From: a virus
Lineage: Duplodnaviria; Caudoviricetes
IMG/VR virus record: IMGVR_UViG_3300009868_000003
Coordinates: 1 to 64,000 of that record
Reading direction: 5' to 3' (one strand)
Length of the DNA: 64,000 nucleotides
Shown here in pieces: positions 25,242 through 34,848 of the stretch. The notes below the pieces were generated by a model. That model did no database searches and had not been told where the DNA came from. It saw only the letters and a list, made by a program, of their open reading frames with translations. Each line of letters opens with the position of its first letter. The first letter of the stretch is position 1. The position numbers were made by a program, and so were the translations under genes.

Positions 25242-26588
25242 ATGAATTGGAAAATTAAACGAGACTATTTTTATTCAGAATTATATGAGGAGTTTGGCCT
25301 TGAGTGGATAGAGGACGCAGGTTTTTTCTTTGATTCATACAAAGAAAATTGGAATCTTGAAGACCATACAAAAATACAGTGCACTCCTATTAACTTTATG
25401 AGAGAATCATACTCTCAAGCAAAACGACCAATAGTCCTTGTCACAACAGGTTCTTTTTGTCCAATACATGACGGTCATGTTGAAATGATGGAAGTTGCTA
25501 AAAAGACTCTTACTAAGTATGGATGGGACGTGATAGGCGGTCTAATATGTCCGGACCATTATGAGTATGTTTCATCAAAAGTTAAGGAAGGTTTTATACC
25601 TATTCACCAGAGGCTTGAATTAATAGAAAGAAAAGTTAGGGATAAAGGATGGTTGGCTGCTGACCCATGGGGAGGAGTTTTTGTTCACTGTGATGTTAAT
25701 TTTACAGACGTCGTTAGACGCACTGAGCTCTATTTGAAACATTACTTAGGACCAAATGTTGAGGTTGCATTTGTGTGTGGAGCAGACTGTGCTAGGTTTA
25801 TGAAGGCTTTTTATAAAAAAGGAATATGTGTTGTCGTCGGTCGTGGAGAGCATATGTCCTCTGCTAATTATTACTATCGAGAGTTTGGAGACATAACTAG
25901 GACTTTTTTAGTCGAGCACAATAATCCTTTGTCTTCAACTGAAGTCAGGAAGAACTTTGACATTTCTTTTAAAATAAATCGAGCAATAGTTCGAACAGAC
26001 TATTCAGGGGTAGAAACTGCAATCTTAATTCCGCATGTCCTTGACCGGTTTGAAAACGTAAAAATAAATGATGTCAAAGAACAGAGGCTTAGGTTTATGC
26101 AGACTCTTAACAGCTCAAACGTCATTAGTCTTGACCCTTTAATTCACTTAGGGCATAGCCTTGAGATTTCCAGATTATATGATTGTTTTGGAATGAAAAT
26201 GTTAGGTTACACAAACAGACCAGGAAGTCCAGACCTTGAGACTCAAATAAGGCTTATACCTGACGGAAATTACGTTTTGTTTGATGATGACACTGCAACC
26301 GGCGGGACCTTAAGGTTTGCTCAAAAACTATTGGAAAATACTGGAAAGAAGATTACAGGTTACTTTACTCTTTCGCGTGCCCTTTCTACTGATGAAATAA
26401 TAGACATCAGAGATTTTGTTAAGGGTAAGAAATTTTCAGGTTTAGTCGTCAAAGGAGCAGACAATCAAGTTAAAAGGCTACCCTACCTTGACCCATATGT
26501 AAACATATATTCAAGAGCATCAATAAAGGATCCGGTAGAATTTTCTAAGAAGGTGACAGAAATCAATGAAAGTTTTGGTTACAATTAA
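25242..26588 (+). CDS. NadD-like HxGH nucleotidyltransferase fused to a type I PRTase domain
   Basis: TGSFCPIHDGH, FVCGAD and LSSTEVR (NadD-like) in the N-half; VLFDDDTATGGTL (PRPP loop) in the C-half. Confidence 0.8.
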   Translation: MNWKIKRDYFYSELYEEFGLEWIEDAGFFFDSYKENWNLEDHTKIQCTPINFMRESYSQAKRPIVLVTTGSFCPIHDGHVEMMEVAKKTLTKYGWDVIGGLICPDHYEYVSSKVKEGFIPIHQRLELIERKVRDKGWLAADPWGGVFVHCDVNFTDVVRRTELYLKHYLGPNVEVAFVCGADCARFMKAFYKKGICVVVGRGEHMSSANYYYREFGDITRTFLVEHNNPLSSTEVRKNFDISFKINRAIVRTDYSGVETAILIPHVLDRFENVKINDVKEQRLRFMQTLNSSNVISLDPLIHLGHSLEISRLYDCFGMKMLGYTNRPGSPDLETQIRLIPDGNYVLFDDDTATGGTLRFAQKLLENTGKKITGYFTLSRALSTDEIIDIRDFVKGKKFSGLVVKGADNQVKRLPYLDPYVNIYSRASIKDPVEFSKKVTEINESFGYN

Positions 26589-26597
26589 ATAATCAAT

Positions 26598-27518
26598 ATG
26601 AATTCTGTATTAAATTTTGCACAATGGACACGAGTCTTTGAAAACGAAGAAGAAATTCGACAGATACTTCCAAATGAAATCAAAGAAGCGATTGATGGGT
26701 TAAACCGTACAGGATTCGGACCGGTCAAAATAAAAAGTTCAGTAAAGTTTTCAATACCTCTTTATTGGTTAATGGTTACTGAAACATCAGACCGAACCTT
26801 TGAATGGTTTAAGGAAGCATGTCAGTCGACTGAGTCATACATATATGACCCGATGTATTCCAAGGGAAAGCTTCACTATTTTCTTTTTAAAGAAGATATG
26901 CGGGACGCAATGCTAGCATATTATAAGAGGTGTAACGAAGACTATGTAAATCCCCTTAGTCTTGAAGGAAAAATAAAATCGCCTGATATCTATGTTGGAC
27001 AAGAAGCTCTGCTTAAAACATGGGAAATAGCTAAAACTCGATTTTCAGGTGGTGATGACATTGAGGGACAGTCTCATACTAATCAAATTATGGAAAAGAG
27101 GTCGGACATAAAGGTCTTTTTGGACGATGATCGACAGCCATTAGAGTGTGTTAAGTTAATGAAAAATAGGTTAAACGATACATCATTATATGCTGACCCT
27201 GATTGGCTTGTGATAAGAACATATGGAGATTTTAAAAGATTTTTAGAGAAATATGGTGTTCCAAGACTAATATCATTTGACCATGATATCGCTCCACCTA
27301 TTGAAAAAAGAGCAGAAGTTCCAATTGAGGACTGGTTTGACCTAGGTGAAAACAGAGAATGGAATGGGGTAGATTGTTTAAATTTGCTTAAGGATTATTG
27401 TTTGGGTAATAACGAGAACCTTCCAGAGTTCCTTATTCACACTCAAAATCCTACCGGATATAGAAACTTGTTAAATGACTTAAATAGGTTTAAAAGGTAT
27501 CAGAATGAAAATAAGTAA
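26598..27518 (+). CDS. Protein with C-terminal cyclic-phosphate-processing receiver domain and capsid-targeting-like N-terminus
   Basis: KVFLDDDRQP...W..IRTY..F...ISFDHD...NGVDC...IHTQNPTG; N-terminus MNSVLNFAQWTRVFE. Confidence 0.75.
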   Translation: MNSVLNFAQWTRVFENEEEIRQILPNEIKEAIDGLNRTGFGPVKIKSSVKFSIPLYWLMVTETSDRTFEWFKEACQSTESYIYDPMYSKGKLHYFLFKEDMRDAMLAYYKRCNEDYVNPLSLEGKIKSPDIYVGQEALLKTWEIAKTRFSGGDDIEGQSHTNQIMEKRSDIKVFLDDDRQPLECVKLMKNRLNDTSLYADPDWLVIRTYGDFKRFLEKYGVPRLISFDHDIAPPIEKRAEVPIEDWFDLGENREWNGVDCLNLLKDYCLGNNENLPEFLIHTQNPTGYRNLLNDLNRFKRYQNENK

Positions 27519-28008
27519 AAGTCATATTTTTATGTACGACCAATGGGATGGTTCGTTTGAGGGTGATGAGGTTAGGATAATATGTAATGTTCTAAATAAA
27601 AACGGCATAATTACTTCCCCTATTCCAATTCTTAAAGGGTTTTTTCATGTGTTTGTTCACTCAGTCCAGGCAAACCTTGGAAACTACGTTAAGCCTGAGT
27701 CTCATATTCCAGTCATGTTAAGGCTTAAACAAATGGCTGTTTCTAAGAAATCATATTTAGATAGGGGACAGACAGACTCTTATGTTGATTTTTTAGTCGA
27801 AGATGACTGTTTGAGTCTAACTGAAGAAATAAAGCACGGAATGACAAATGGTCTTCTTCCAGACTTCGAAGGTTGTTCAATAACTCATACTTTAAAAAAA
27901 ATCACGGTAAACACAGAAGAGCTTAAAAAAATATTTAAGATTGCTACTGGCGGATGGGAATCAACCGACGACAGATTAGGCTCTGTTTTTAGCGACAAGA
28001 TCCTCTAA
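27505..28008 (+). CDS. Hypothetical protein
   Basis: ORF track. Confidence 0.7.
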   Translation: MKISKSHIFMYDQWDGSFEGDEVRIICNVLNKNGIITSPIPILKGFFHVFVHSVQANLGNYVKPESHIPVMLRLKQMAVSKKSYLDRGQTDSYVDFLVEDDCLSLTEEIKHGMTNGLLPDFEGCSITHTLKKITVNTEELKKIFKIATGGWESTDDRLGSVFSDKIL

Positions 28009-28236
28009 TTTTGGTTTCTTTATTTCCAATCTCTTGTCTTCTGCTGGTTTCTTTCTTAGTATCAGTTTAAAGTAAACCAATGATATTAGTGCCCAAAGCA
28101 GACCAATGGGACCCCAAATAACAGCAAGCACCAATTCTGCTTCTTTATCTTGATCTGTCCTAGGTAAAAGATAATGGAATATAAGAGCTCCAAGAAGTCC
28201 ACATATAAGATACGGAATTATAAGAATTGCGCTCAT
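27976..28236 (-). CDS. Two-TM membrane protein
   Basis: Two hydrophobic segments. Confidence 0.7.
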   Translation of the reverse strand: MSAILIIPYLICGLLGALIFHYLLPRTDQDKEAELVLAVIWGPIGLLWALISLVYFKLILRKKPAEDKRLEIKKPKLEDLVAKNRA

Positions 28237-28505
28237 TTACTTATCCATTTTTTAATCTTATACGAAATTTCCTTTCTTGGGTTCTTAAGAACATCGTATT
28301 TTTCAGTGACGTTTGCTACTGTGATGTCACGGGGTGAATAATATTCTCCTAATGAATATTCTGAATCCTCCGACACTCTGCCTTTTTTAAGGTGAGATAT
28401 AACAGGAACCGGTTTTTCTTCTTGGAAAAAAGTAGGTGGGGTGAATGATTGTTCTAAGAACAAGTAAGGAATCCCCTCATCCAACATGACAATGTATTTT
28501 TCCAT
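28233..28505 (-). CDS. Hypothetical protein
   Basis: ORF track; operonic overlaps. Confidence 0.7.
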   Translation of the reverse strand: MEKYIVMLDEGIPYLFLEQSFTPPTFFQEEKPVPVISHLKKGRVSEDSEYSLGEYYSPRDITVANVTEKYDVLKNPRKEISYKIKKWISK

Positions 28506-28777
28506 TAGATCTCAATACTTTCGGAGAAAACTATGGAGTCGTCGTTTGCAGCCCTTTTTCCAAGCTCAAAACACTTTTCTCCAAACTTAAGGACTAAATC
28601 AACAGCCTCTTGTGATTTAATCATGTTTTGGTCTAGGCTATGAACCTTTTCAGCTGCATCAATTATTTCAGTAGATTCACCAGCTTCTACTTTTTTAGTA
28701 CGAAACTGTGATAACACGTCCTTATAAGTATCAATTAAGACTGCTATTTCAAGGTTAGGAATTTTAATCTTATCCAT
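28505..28777 (-). CDS. Hypothetical protein
   Basis: ORF track. Confidence 0.7.
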   Translation of the reverse strand: MDKIKIPNLEIAVLIDTYKDVLSQFRTKKVEAGESTEIIDAAEKVHSLDQNMIKSQEAVDLVLKFGEKCFELGKRAANDDSIVFSESIEI

Positions 28778-28794
28778 TTAAATGTGGACTATTT

Positions 28795-29454
28795 TTACAC
28801 CAGTGCGATCTGCCTGACTACAATATCAAATGATACCAATTCTCCCTTATTAATGGTAGGTTGGAATTTAAGTTTGTCAGTTGTGTCCCAAATTTTTCTT
28901 GCAGACTTACCACATGGGGTGTCCAACCATTCTATTTCTATACAAAGAATGTTGTCTTTCTCTGGGTAAAATCCCAATATAAGGTGAGATGCCTTGCTAA
29001 GAGAACGAATCCCAACTGAATCCTCATCAGTTACTATGTAACCTATAACCTGACGTTTTTCCATCCGTTGAAGTAGGTCATTAAGCTTACAAAAATCATT
29101 TGGTCTATTAATTATCATGTCTGTTATCTCGCTCTTATCAAGCTTTATTTTTATGCGGTGCGGGTTTAGCTTAATTTCTGCCTTATATTTTTCAGGAAGA
29201 AAGAGATTTTTATTGGAATCCGAAAAGTTTTTAGCCAATCGGTCAGCCTCGTCTATTGACTCGACACCTAACACAATTGAGTCTATTAAAAGGGTCTTTG
29301 TCTTAGGAAAGTATGCGATTGTTTTTTCCTTTAAAGTCGAAGCTTCTACGAACCTAATCGCAAAGAAAACATCTTCTTCAAAAACCTGAGTCTTTTCCCA
29401 TGAAAAATTATCGCTGGTAATGACTTCAATTGATTTAGTGTTTGGTACTCTCAT
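28795..29454 (-). CDS. Hypothetical protein with degenerate T4 gp21 prohead-protease-like C-terminus
   Basis: SKASHLI...IEIEWLDTPCGK resembles gp21 ASH.I...ILDTP.GK; the catalytic GVSSRG motif is absent. Confidence 0.45.
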   Translation of the reverse strand: MRVPNTKSIEVITSDNFSWEKTQVFEEDVFFAIRFVEASTLKEKTIAYFPKTKTLLIDSIVLGVESIDEADRLAKNFSDSNKNLFLPEKYKAEIKLNPHRIKIKLDKSEITDMIINRPNDFCKLNDLLQRMEKRQVIGYIVTDEDSVGIRSLSKASHLILGFYPEKDNILCIEIEWLDTPCGKSARKIWDTTDKLKFQPTINKGELVSFDIVVRQIALV

Positions 29455-29834
29455 ATTATATTTGATGCTTTAAGAATTTCCTCTACTTTAAACCAGTCAA
29501 CAAATGGACGCCCTTTTACTTTATTATTCTCAACATTTGCGGTCAATGGACAACCAAGTGCTGTATCGTCAATATACACTTGGGCGTATGCTTTGGGACT
29601 TTTGGTCCAATTTTGTTGTGTCGGATTTTCATTTATACCATACAGAGGTATTCCATGACTCTTAAACCAATTGACAGCATCCTGAAGCGTCTTGTCAGAG
29701 CGCATGGTCCATAGAATTATGTGATGATGTTCGCTTATCTGACTTAAAACATTCACAGCATTAGGGACATCCTTTCCAACCTTTGGAAACTCATGTTCAA
29801 CACATGTTCCATCAAAATCAATTCCAAAAATCAT
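29451..29834 (-). CDS. HAD-superfamily phosphatase (BT0820-like)
   Basis: IDFDGT, ILWTMR, K.YA.VYIDD. Confidence 0.8.
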   Translation of the reverse strand: MIFGIDFDGTCVEHEFPKVGKDVPNAVNVLSQISEHHHIILWTMRSDKTLQDAVNWFKSHGIPLYGINENPTQQNWTKSPKAYAQVYIDDTALGCPLTANVENNKVKGRPFVDWFKVEEILKASNII

Positions 29835-30226
29835 TATAGTTTATTACTGTTTTTTAGCTCCCTATACTTTTCATGTTGCACAAATTCATCGTTTACTTTA
29901 TACCCCCATTCCCTTTTAGGTTTAGAAGATATGAATAAAGAATAGACAACTGGTGTTAGAAGTTTCTGAATTTTATGGAATTTTGTACCGTCTCTTTTTG
30001 CATACGAACCAGGAGACATAGTGTTAATTCCATTTTCTGTCTCCTCCAAATAAGTTCCCTTAAGTATTAGTGAAAAGTAATCCCATGGATGGTTATGTAG
30101 ATGTTTGTCTTGATCTGCTGCATATATTCCATGCAACCAAATGGAAAACCATGGTGTTTTTAAGATTTCCCACCTTTTAAAGTGTAGCTCTCCCTTCTTC
30201 GATCGTATTTCCTTTATTAGCTTCAT
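29834..30226 (-). CDS. Cupin-fold protein
   Basis: HLHNHPW..SLILKG.Y.E...FH.I metal-binding cupin pattern. Confidence 0.7.
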   Translation of the reverse strand: MKLIKEIRSKKGELHFKRWEILKTPWFSIWLHGIYAADQDKHLHNHPWDYFSLILKGTYLEETENGINTMSPGSYAKRDGTKFHKIQKLLTPVVYSLFISSKPKREWGYKVNDEFVQHEKYRELKNSNKL

Positions 30227-30602
30227 CCTGTTCTTCTTTTTCTATGATGTTAGCAACCTTTTTACCAAGTTCAGTCCACCAAACGATAAGTTCACCATCT
30301 TCTCTTTCAAACCCTTCCATTAATCCTTTTTCAATGAAGGTATAAATGTTTGAGTCAGCTTCTGCTCTTTTAGCAATCTCATCAATTTGGTCTTCTTCTA
30401 AATCAGGATCCTCATTTTCTTCGTATGCTTTAAGACATGCATCTTCTAAATTTTTTCTTAGGACACACTCAACGAAACACTCTTTTAAGACTGGATCTTC
30501 CATCCACTCCTTAACGGTTTCATCTACATACTCTTTAACTTCAGCCGGAAGAAACGGTCGGTCTTCCCAAAATAAGAGGGCTGGTGATCTTTTTTCGCTC
30601 AT
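30177..30602 (-). CDS. Acidic hypothetical protein
   Basis: ORF track. Confidence 0.7.
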   Translation of the reverse strand: MSEKRSPALLFWEDRPFLPAEVKEYVDETVKEWMEDPVLKECFVECVLRKNLEDACLKAYEENEDPDLEEDQIDEIAKRAEADSNIYTFIEKGLMEGFEREDGELIVWWTELGKKVANIIEKEEQDEANKGNTIEEGRATL

Positions 30603-30675
30603 TTTAGACTATATTTTATTATACCAAACACCCAATGATAAGTTTTAGGTATCTTTACAAGACAAACTATTAGAT

Positions 30676-30843
30676 ATGAATGAAAAGTTAAGTGTGCCGA
30701 TGGCGATTGGGTTTATTGTCCTTCACGCTCTTATAGTCTTTAAATTTGCTACCACCAAAAGGGAACTGTGGACGAAAGTAGACACTGCCCAACTTGTTTC
30801 AGCATTAGCGGTTGACATAATCGCCCTCACCATTAAGAGTTAA
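30676..30843 (+). CDS. Small membrane protein, 55 aa
   Basis: Below track cutoff; MNEKLSVPMAIGFIVLHALIVFKF... Confidence 0.5.
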   Translation: MNEKLSVPMAIGFIVLHALIVFKFATTKRELWTKVDTAQLVSALAVDIIALTIKS

Positions 30844-31840
30844 AGCCTTCTAATAGGCCCGAAACTGCGTCTTCTCCACCCATTACTTCAGTATTGTCTA
30901 TTTCATCACCTAAATGGTGTTGAGCAAGGGATTTTAGGGACATTGGTGAAAGACTCTTGGACAGAATATTTACCGTCCAGTTATCATTATCTCTGGCAAA
31001 CACCTTAATGTTTGTAGAATCGTTGTTTGCCACATAATTTCCTGAAATGTCCTCTGAGATCTTAGGAAATTCTTTAATCTTTTCGTTTAACCATTTCTTA
31101 AACTCATCAGCAGTCCTATTGTTTGCGAAGACAAATGTTTTTGTGATGTTTGTTAGGTTTTGAGTGTACGAATCCTCTCCTGTCTTTTTAACCATTAAGC
31201 CCATTTGATTAAGCATCCTTACGTATGAATCATAAGTCGTGGTTGAACTATCGCCTGCAAAAATATCAGATGGGAAGATTATGTTTTTGTTGATCCAATC
31301 ACAGGTTGTTGCAGGTCTACCTAAGATTATTGAAGCCCAAAGTGTTATTGGTTTTCTGCCCGACCTATATTCCTTTATACCAGGCGAAACAGGATCTCCG
31401 TTTTCTTTATAGACCTGTGCATTTAATGGAAGGATTTTATGTGCTTTATAAACAGATGCATCAAATGTCATGATTTTTTTAGCAAGGTCATCGTTTTTAG
31501 TCATCTGATTTCCTTCAACAAGTAATCTATTGATTTTCCTACCACCATTGCTTCCTGAACCAGGTTTCATTGCAGTTTCTATTAGAATGCCTAAAATTTG
31601 ATTTGCATTACCTGGAACAGATGCATCTCCTACCCAAATGATCTCCCCAATCCACTTATACCCAGATTTTCTATCTACTGCTTGGAGTTTTATTATTGCT
31701 TCTAGCACATCAAACTTTCTTTTAGAAGGTCGATTGCTATCTGTTATAAAATAACATTCTCCTCCTCTAATTGAAACAAGAGCAGTGTCTCCGTTTTTCC
31801 AGGAGACTTGTGATTGAAAATTTTCAAATAGTTGTACCAT
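30833..31840 (-). CDS. Hypothetical protein, capsid-targeting-like N-terminus
   Basis: MVQLFENFQ; ORF track. Confidence 0.75.
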   Translation of the reverse strand: MVQLFENFQSQVSWKNGDTALVSIRGGECYFITDSNRPSKRKFDVLEAIIKLQAVDRKSGYKWIGEIIWVGDASVPGNANQILGILIETAMKPGSGSNGGRKINRLLVEGNQMTKNDDLAKKIMTFDASVYKAHKILPLNAQVYKENGDPVSPGIKEYRSGRKPITLWASIILGRPATTCDWINKNIIFPSDIFAGDSSTTTYDSYVRMLNQMGLMVKKTGEDSYTQNLTNITKTFVFANNRTADEFKKWLNEKIKEFPKISEDISGNYVANNDSTNIKVFARDNDNWTVNILSKSLSPMSLKSLAQHHLGDEIDNTEVMGGEDAVSGLLEGFNS

Positions 31841-31863
31841 TATCTTTTAATTTTTATTATCTA

Positions 31864-32778
31864 TTAGAATGCAGTATGCATGTAAATGTCTCCTGAATAA
31901 TCATCGGCAAATGTCTTGACATCAAATCCTAATGATTCTGCCAACTTAAAGACGTCGGTTACAGTCATCACAGTCTTTTCAATCTTTGGATCTGACGCAA
32001 ATACTAATCTTGCTCCAGCTGTTCTAAATTTTATTTCAATTTCCCTATGGATTGTTCTAACGTCGCTTTCAGATCTTAAATTAAATGTGATCTCATACTT
32101 TCTTTGTCCAGCAACAGTCAATGACACTACACGTTCCTTAGGTTCTGACATTTCTACAACTCCAGTTTCCCTTAAAATGTTTTCTGCTATTCCCCTAGCA
32201 TCAATATTTTCTTTAGGCCCAAAATTTATTTTAAAGATAATTTGATAAGTAGAGACTTTATTGTCGTCATCGATTGTTATGCCGCTTTCCCTTTGAATTT
32301 CGTTTTTAAGAACCTTGAACCAAGGTTCGTTACGAACTTTTAAATTTTCGTAAAGGTCTGAGAATAAAAAAACGTCTGATATTGGAACGTCACTTTTCAC
32401 GGCAAGTTGTCCAACTTCAATAGTCTTCTTAGGGTCTATTTTGATACCTAATAGGACGCTTGTATTTTCAATGGTTTTGTTAGTAAGAGTTTTGGTTCCC
32501 TTTAAAACGGTAAAATGTCCCATTTTTCCTGTCACACGGTCAGCCGTTTTTCCTATTTTATTAGCAAGTTCGTCGTATTGATGCAAAACACTGGAGTCCG
32601 AGATCCAAAGCATATTCGAATCACCTCCGATTCTTTGGACTTTTATTTCACCATCATTTTCATCGTGACCTATTCCAAAACCAATCTCATCATTCTTAGT
32701 AAAAAACATGTATTGGAAGTCCGGTGATTCAAATGATTCATTAATAAATTCATTAAACGTTTGACATCTTAGCTTCAT
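31864..32778 (-). CDS. Hypothetical protein, capsid-targeting-like N-terminus
   Basis: MKLRCQTFNEFINE; AATAAATA upstream. Confidence 0.8.
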   Translation of the reverse strand: MKLRCQTFNEFINESFESPDFQYMFFTKNDEIGFGIGHDENDGEIKVQRIGGDSNMLWISDSSVLHQYDELANKIGKTADRVTGKMGHFTVLKGTKTLTNKTIENTSVLLGIKIDPKKTIEVGQLAVKSDVPISDVFLFSDLYENLKVRNEPWFKVLKNEIQRESGITIDDDNKVSTYQIIFKINFGPKENIDARGIAENILRETGVVEMSEPKERVVSLTVAGQRKYEITFNLRSESDVRTIHREIEIKFRTAGARLVFASDPKIEKTVMTVTDVFKLAESLGFDVKTFADDYSGDIYMHTAF

Positions 32779-32796
32779 ATTTTTTATTTATTTTGA

Positions 32797-33081
32797 ATGG
32801 AACTAGCTACAATTGAACTTTGGAAAGTTATCCCAAAAGAAAGAGATGAGGACCAGGTTTCTCTAAAATCTTTTGAGATGATAATAGACAGATGGATGAG
32901 TCGGGCACTTCCTAACCCGTCTGCTGAAGAATTTGAATGGACTACATACCATGTTTTAAATACACTATATGAGGTCAGAAAGATGATGGAGGAGACTGAA
33001 TCTTACCGTCACTGTGAAATTCTTTTTGTTAAAGAATCAAAATTATTTGATGAAATCAATGAACCAACCGAACAATTTTAA
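32797..33081 (+). CDS. Hypothetical protein
   Basis: ORF track. Confidence 0.65.
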   Translation: MELATIELWKVIPKERDEDQVSLKSFEMIIDRWMSRALPNPSAEEFEWTTYHVLNTLYEVRKMMEETESYRHCEILFVKESKLFDEINEPTEQF

Positions 33082-33388
33082 AGGATCTAAAGAATCTGAA
33101 ATTCTTAAAAACCTTCAATCAGCAAAGGATGAGGTTCCGATATCTCATGCTAGACAACAAGTAAGAAAATTCACAAGGGCCTTTGTTTTACTTTTAGGCG
33201 AGGTTTTATTACTTTTTCTTCTTTGGAACTGGCAGATCTCTCCTCTGCTTAAAACCAAGATAACTTTTTTACAGGCTGCATCAATTATCATCTTAATTAA
33301 AGTCCTATTTCCAATAGGATCGATGACAGCTACTATATTAGAATCAGTTAAGCCAGCAAAGACCGAACCTATAAATAACAAAAAATAG
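33050..33388 (+). CDS. Two-TM membrane protein
   Basis: Two hydrophobic segments; in-frame ATG 33050. Confidence 0.65.
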   Translation: MKSMNQPNNFKGSKESEILKNLQSAKDEVPISHARQQVRKFTRAFVLLLGEVLLLFLLWNWQISPLLKTKITFLQAASIIILIKVLFPIGSMTATILESVKPAKTEPINNKK

Positions 33389-33398
33389 GTCAGTCGTC

Positions 33399-33779
33399 AT
33401 GCGTAAAAGAATATTGGAATTTGAAGAATGGAAAGGTTCAGAAGCTCCGAATAATTCACAATCAGGTCATATTCCAGTAAACCCTGAACCTCTGGTCACC
33501 AGAAAAAGAGTATGGACCAAAGCTCAATTGCCAGACCTATCTGCTGAAATTGCAGGAGACATTGAGGCATCCAACATAGGAAATGTTAAACATGTCTACC
33601 ATATGAATCCTATTGGAATCACAACAGTAGACATAGAAAACATGGAAAAGGCAATTGAATCCTATTTAGGAGATTCAGCTGTCGATGTTTCAGTAAATTG
33701 GGACGAGGGCGAAAATTTGGTAGTATCTGCTAATAAGATTCGTGATCTTAACGACTACGACGAAGAGTTCGATTCATAA
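33399..33779 (+). CDS. Hypothetical protein, capsid-targeting-like N-terminus
   Basis: MRKRILEFEEWK; exact TATAAATA at 33370. Confidence 0.75.
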   Translation: MRKRILEFEEWKGSEAPNNSQSGHIPVNPEPLVTRKRVWTKAQLPDLSAEIAGDIEASNIGNVKHVYHMNPIGITTVDIENMEKAIESYLGDSAVDVSVNWDEGENLVVSANKIRDLNDYDEEFDS

Positions 33780-33792
33780 AACTTTATAGAAA

Positions 33793-34227
33793 ATGTTTAA
33801 GAAAGCCTTAATCCTCTTAAAATGGATGATATTTCCATTTTTATTGGCAGCTCAGACCAATTTCTCAACACAATTAATTCAATGGAGGACTGAAAACGAT
33901 AAGCCCCTTAAATGGGCAAGTTCGTTGGAATGGCAGGCTAAAGAAGACCTTGATAAGATTCTTGAGATTAACACAGAAGACGACCAGAAAATAGACGAAA
34001 TAGTTTTTGCAAACGCAAAGTTCTTCAATGAAATACGATACATTTATTTTGTGTCACATGAAGAAAACGACAGTAAAGCAAACAAATGGGTTATAAATTC
34101 AATAGCTTCGACTGAAGCTGGTCGAAATCTTTTATTAAGCGGACAGTGGATTAGTTCAGCAGAGACTGTTAAAACTGTTAATAATACCACAATAAAGTAC
34201 ACTTTAGTCCTCCTGGTTGACCCCTAA
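33793..34227 (+). CDS. Exported protein, possibly CAP/SCP-like
   Basis: Signal peptide (..LLAAQ); WR.ENDKPLKWASSLEWQAK and NS....RNLLL resemble the CAP domain. Confidence 0.45.
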   Translation: MFKKALILLKWMIFPFLLAAQTNFSTQLIQWRTENDKPLKWASSLEWQAKEDLDKILEINTEDDQKIDEIVFANAKFFNEIRYIYFVSHEENDSKANKWVINSIASTEAGRNLLLSGQWISSAETVKTVNNTTIKYTLVLLVDP

Positions 34228-34251
34228 TGGTATATTGTCTAAAAGACTAAT

Positions 34252-34848
34252 ATGCCAAAATTCATAACAAACATTTTAAGAAGTCTAACAAAGTCTTTGT
34301 TTGAGACTGAAATTACAGAAGCATCAAAGGTAAAGGGACTTGAGACTCGTGTTTCAGACCTTGAAAAGCTAAATGAAGAATGCACTCAAATAATAAACGA
34401 GCAGCAAAGGTCCCTTGTTTTTAAGGGAACTAAGATTGAAGAGCTTGCCAGACAGGCCGCAACTGACCATTCTAAGATTGCAGGACTTACTGAAAGACTA
34501 GAACACCAGCGCCAGCAATTTGAAGAAGAGACAAATGGTTTAAAGGAAACTTTCTTCCTTCGAGAACAGTTTTTGATTGAATCGAACTGGATGATTGCTG
34601 ATGAAAAGGAAAGGTTTCAAAAATTAGCAACAACAAACGGTGCAGAATACATTCATCTTAAAAATGATTCTGAACTATCGATTAAAAAGTTGGAAACTAA
34701 TCTAAGAACTACCATAATCCAACTTGCACATCATAACTCAAAACATAGGATAGTTTCTTCAGACCTGCTTTTAAACAGGTTTAAAGGAATTTATCCGGAT
34801 TGGTTCACTAAAGAAGAAAACGTAACGCAAGATGAAAAGACTCAGTAA
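34252..34848 (+). CDS. Coiled-coil protein
   Basis: Long heptad-rich helical region. Confidence 0.7.
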   Translation: MPKFITNILRSLTKSLFETEITEASKVKGLETRVSDLEKLNEECTQIINEQQRSLVFKGTKIEELARQAATDHSKIAGLTERLEHQRQQFEEETNGLKETFFLREQFLIESNWMIADEKERFQKLATTNGAEYIHLKNDSELSIKKLETNLRTTIIQLAHHNSKHRIVSSDLLLNRFKGIYPDWFTKEENVTQDEKTQ

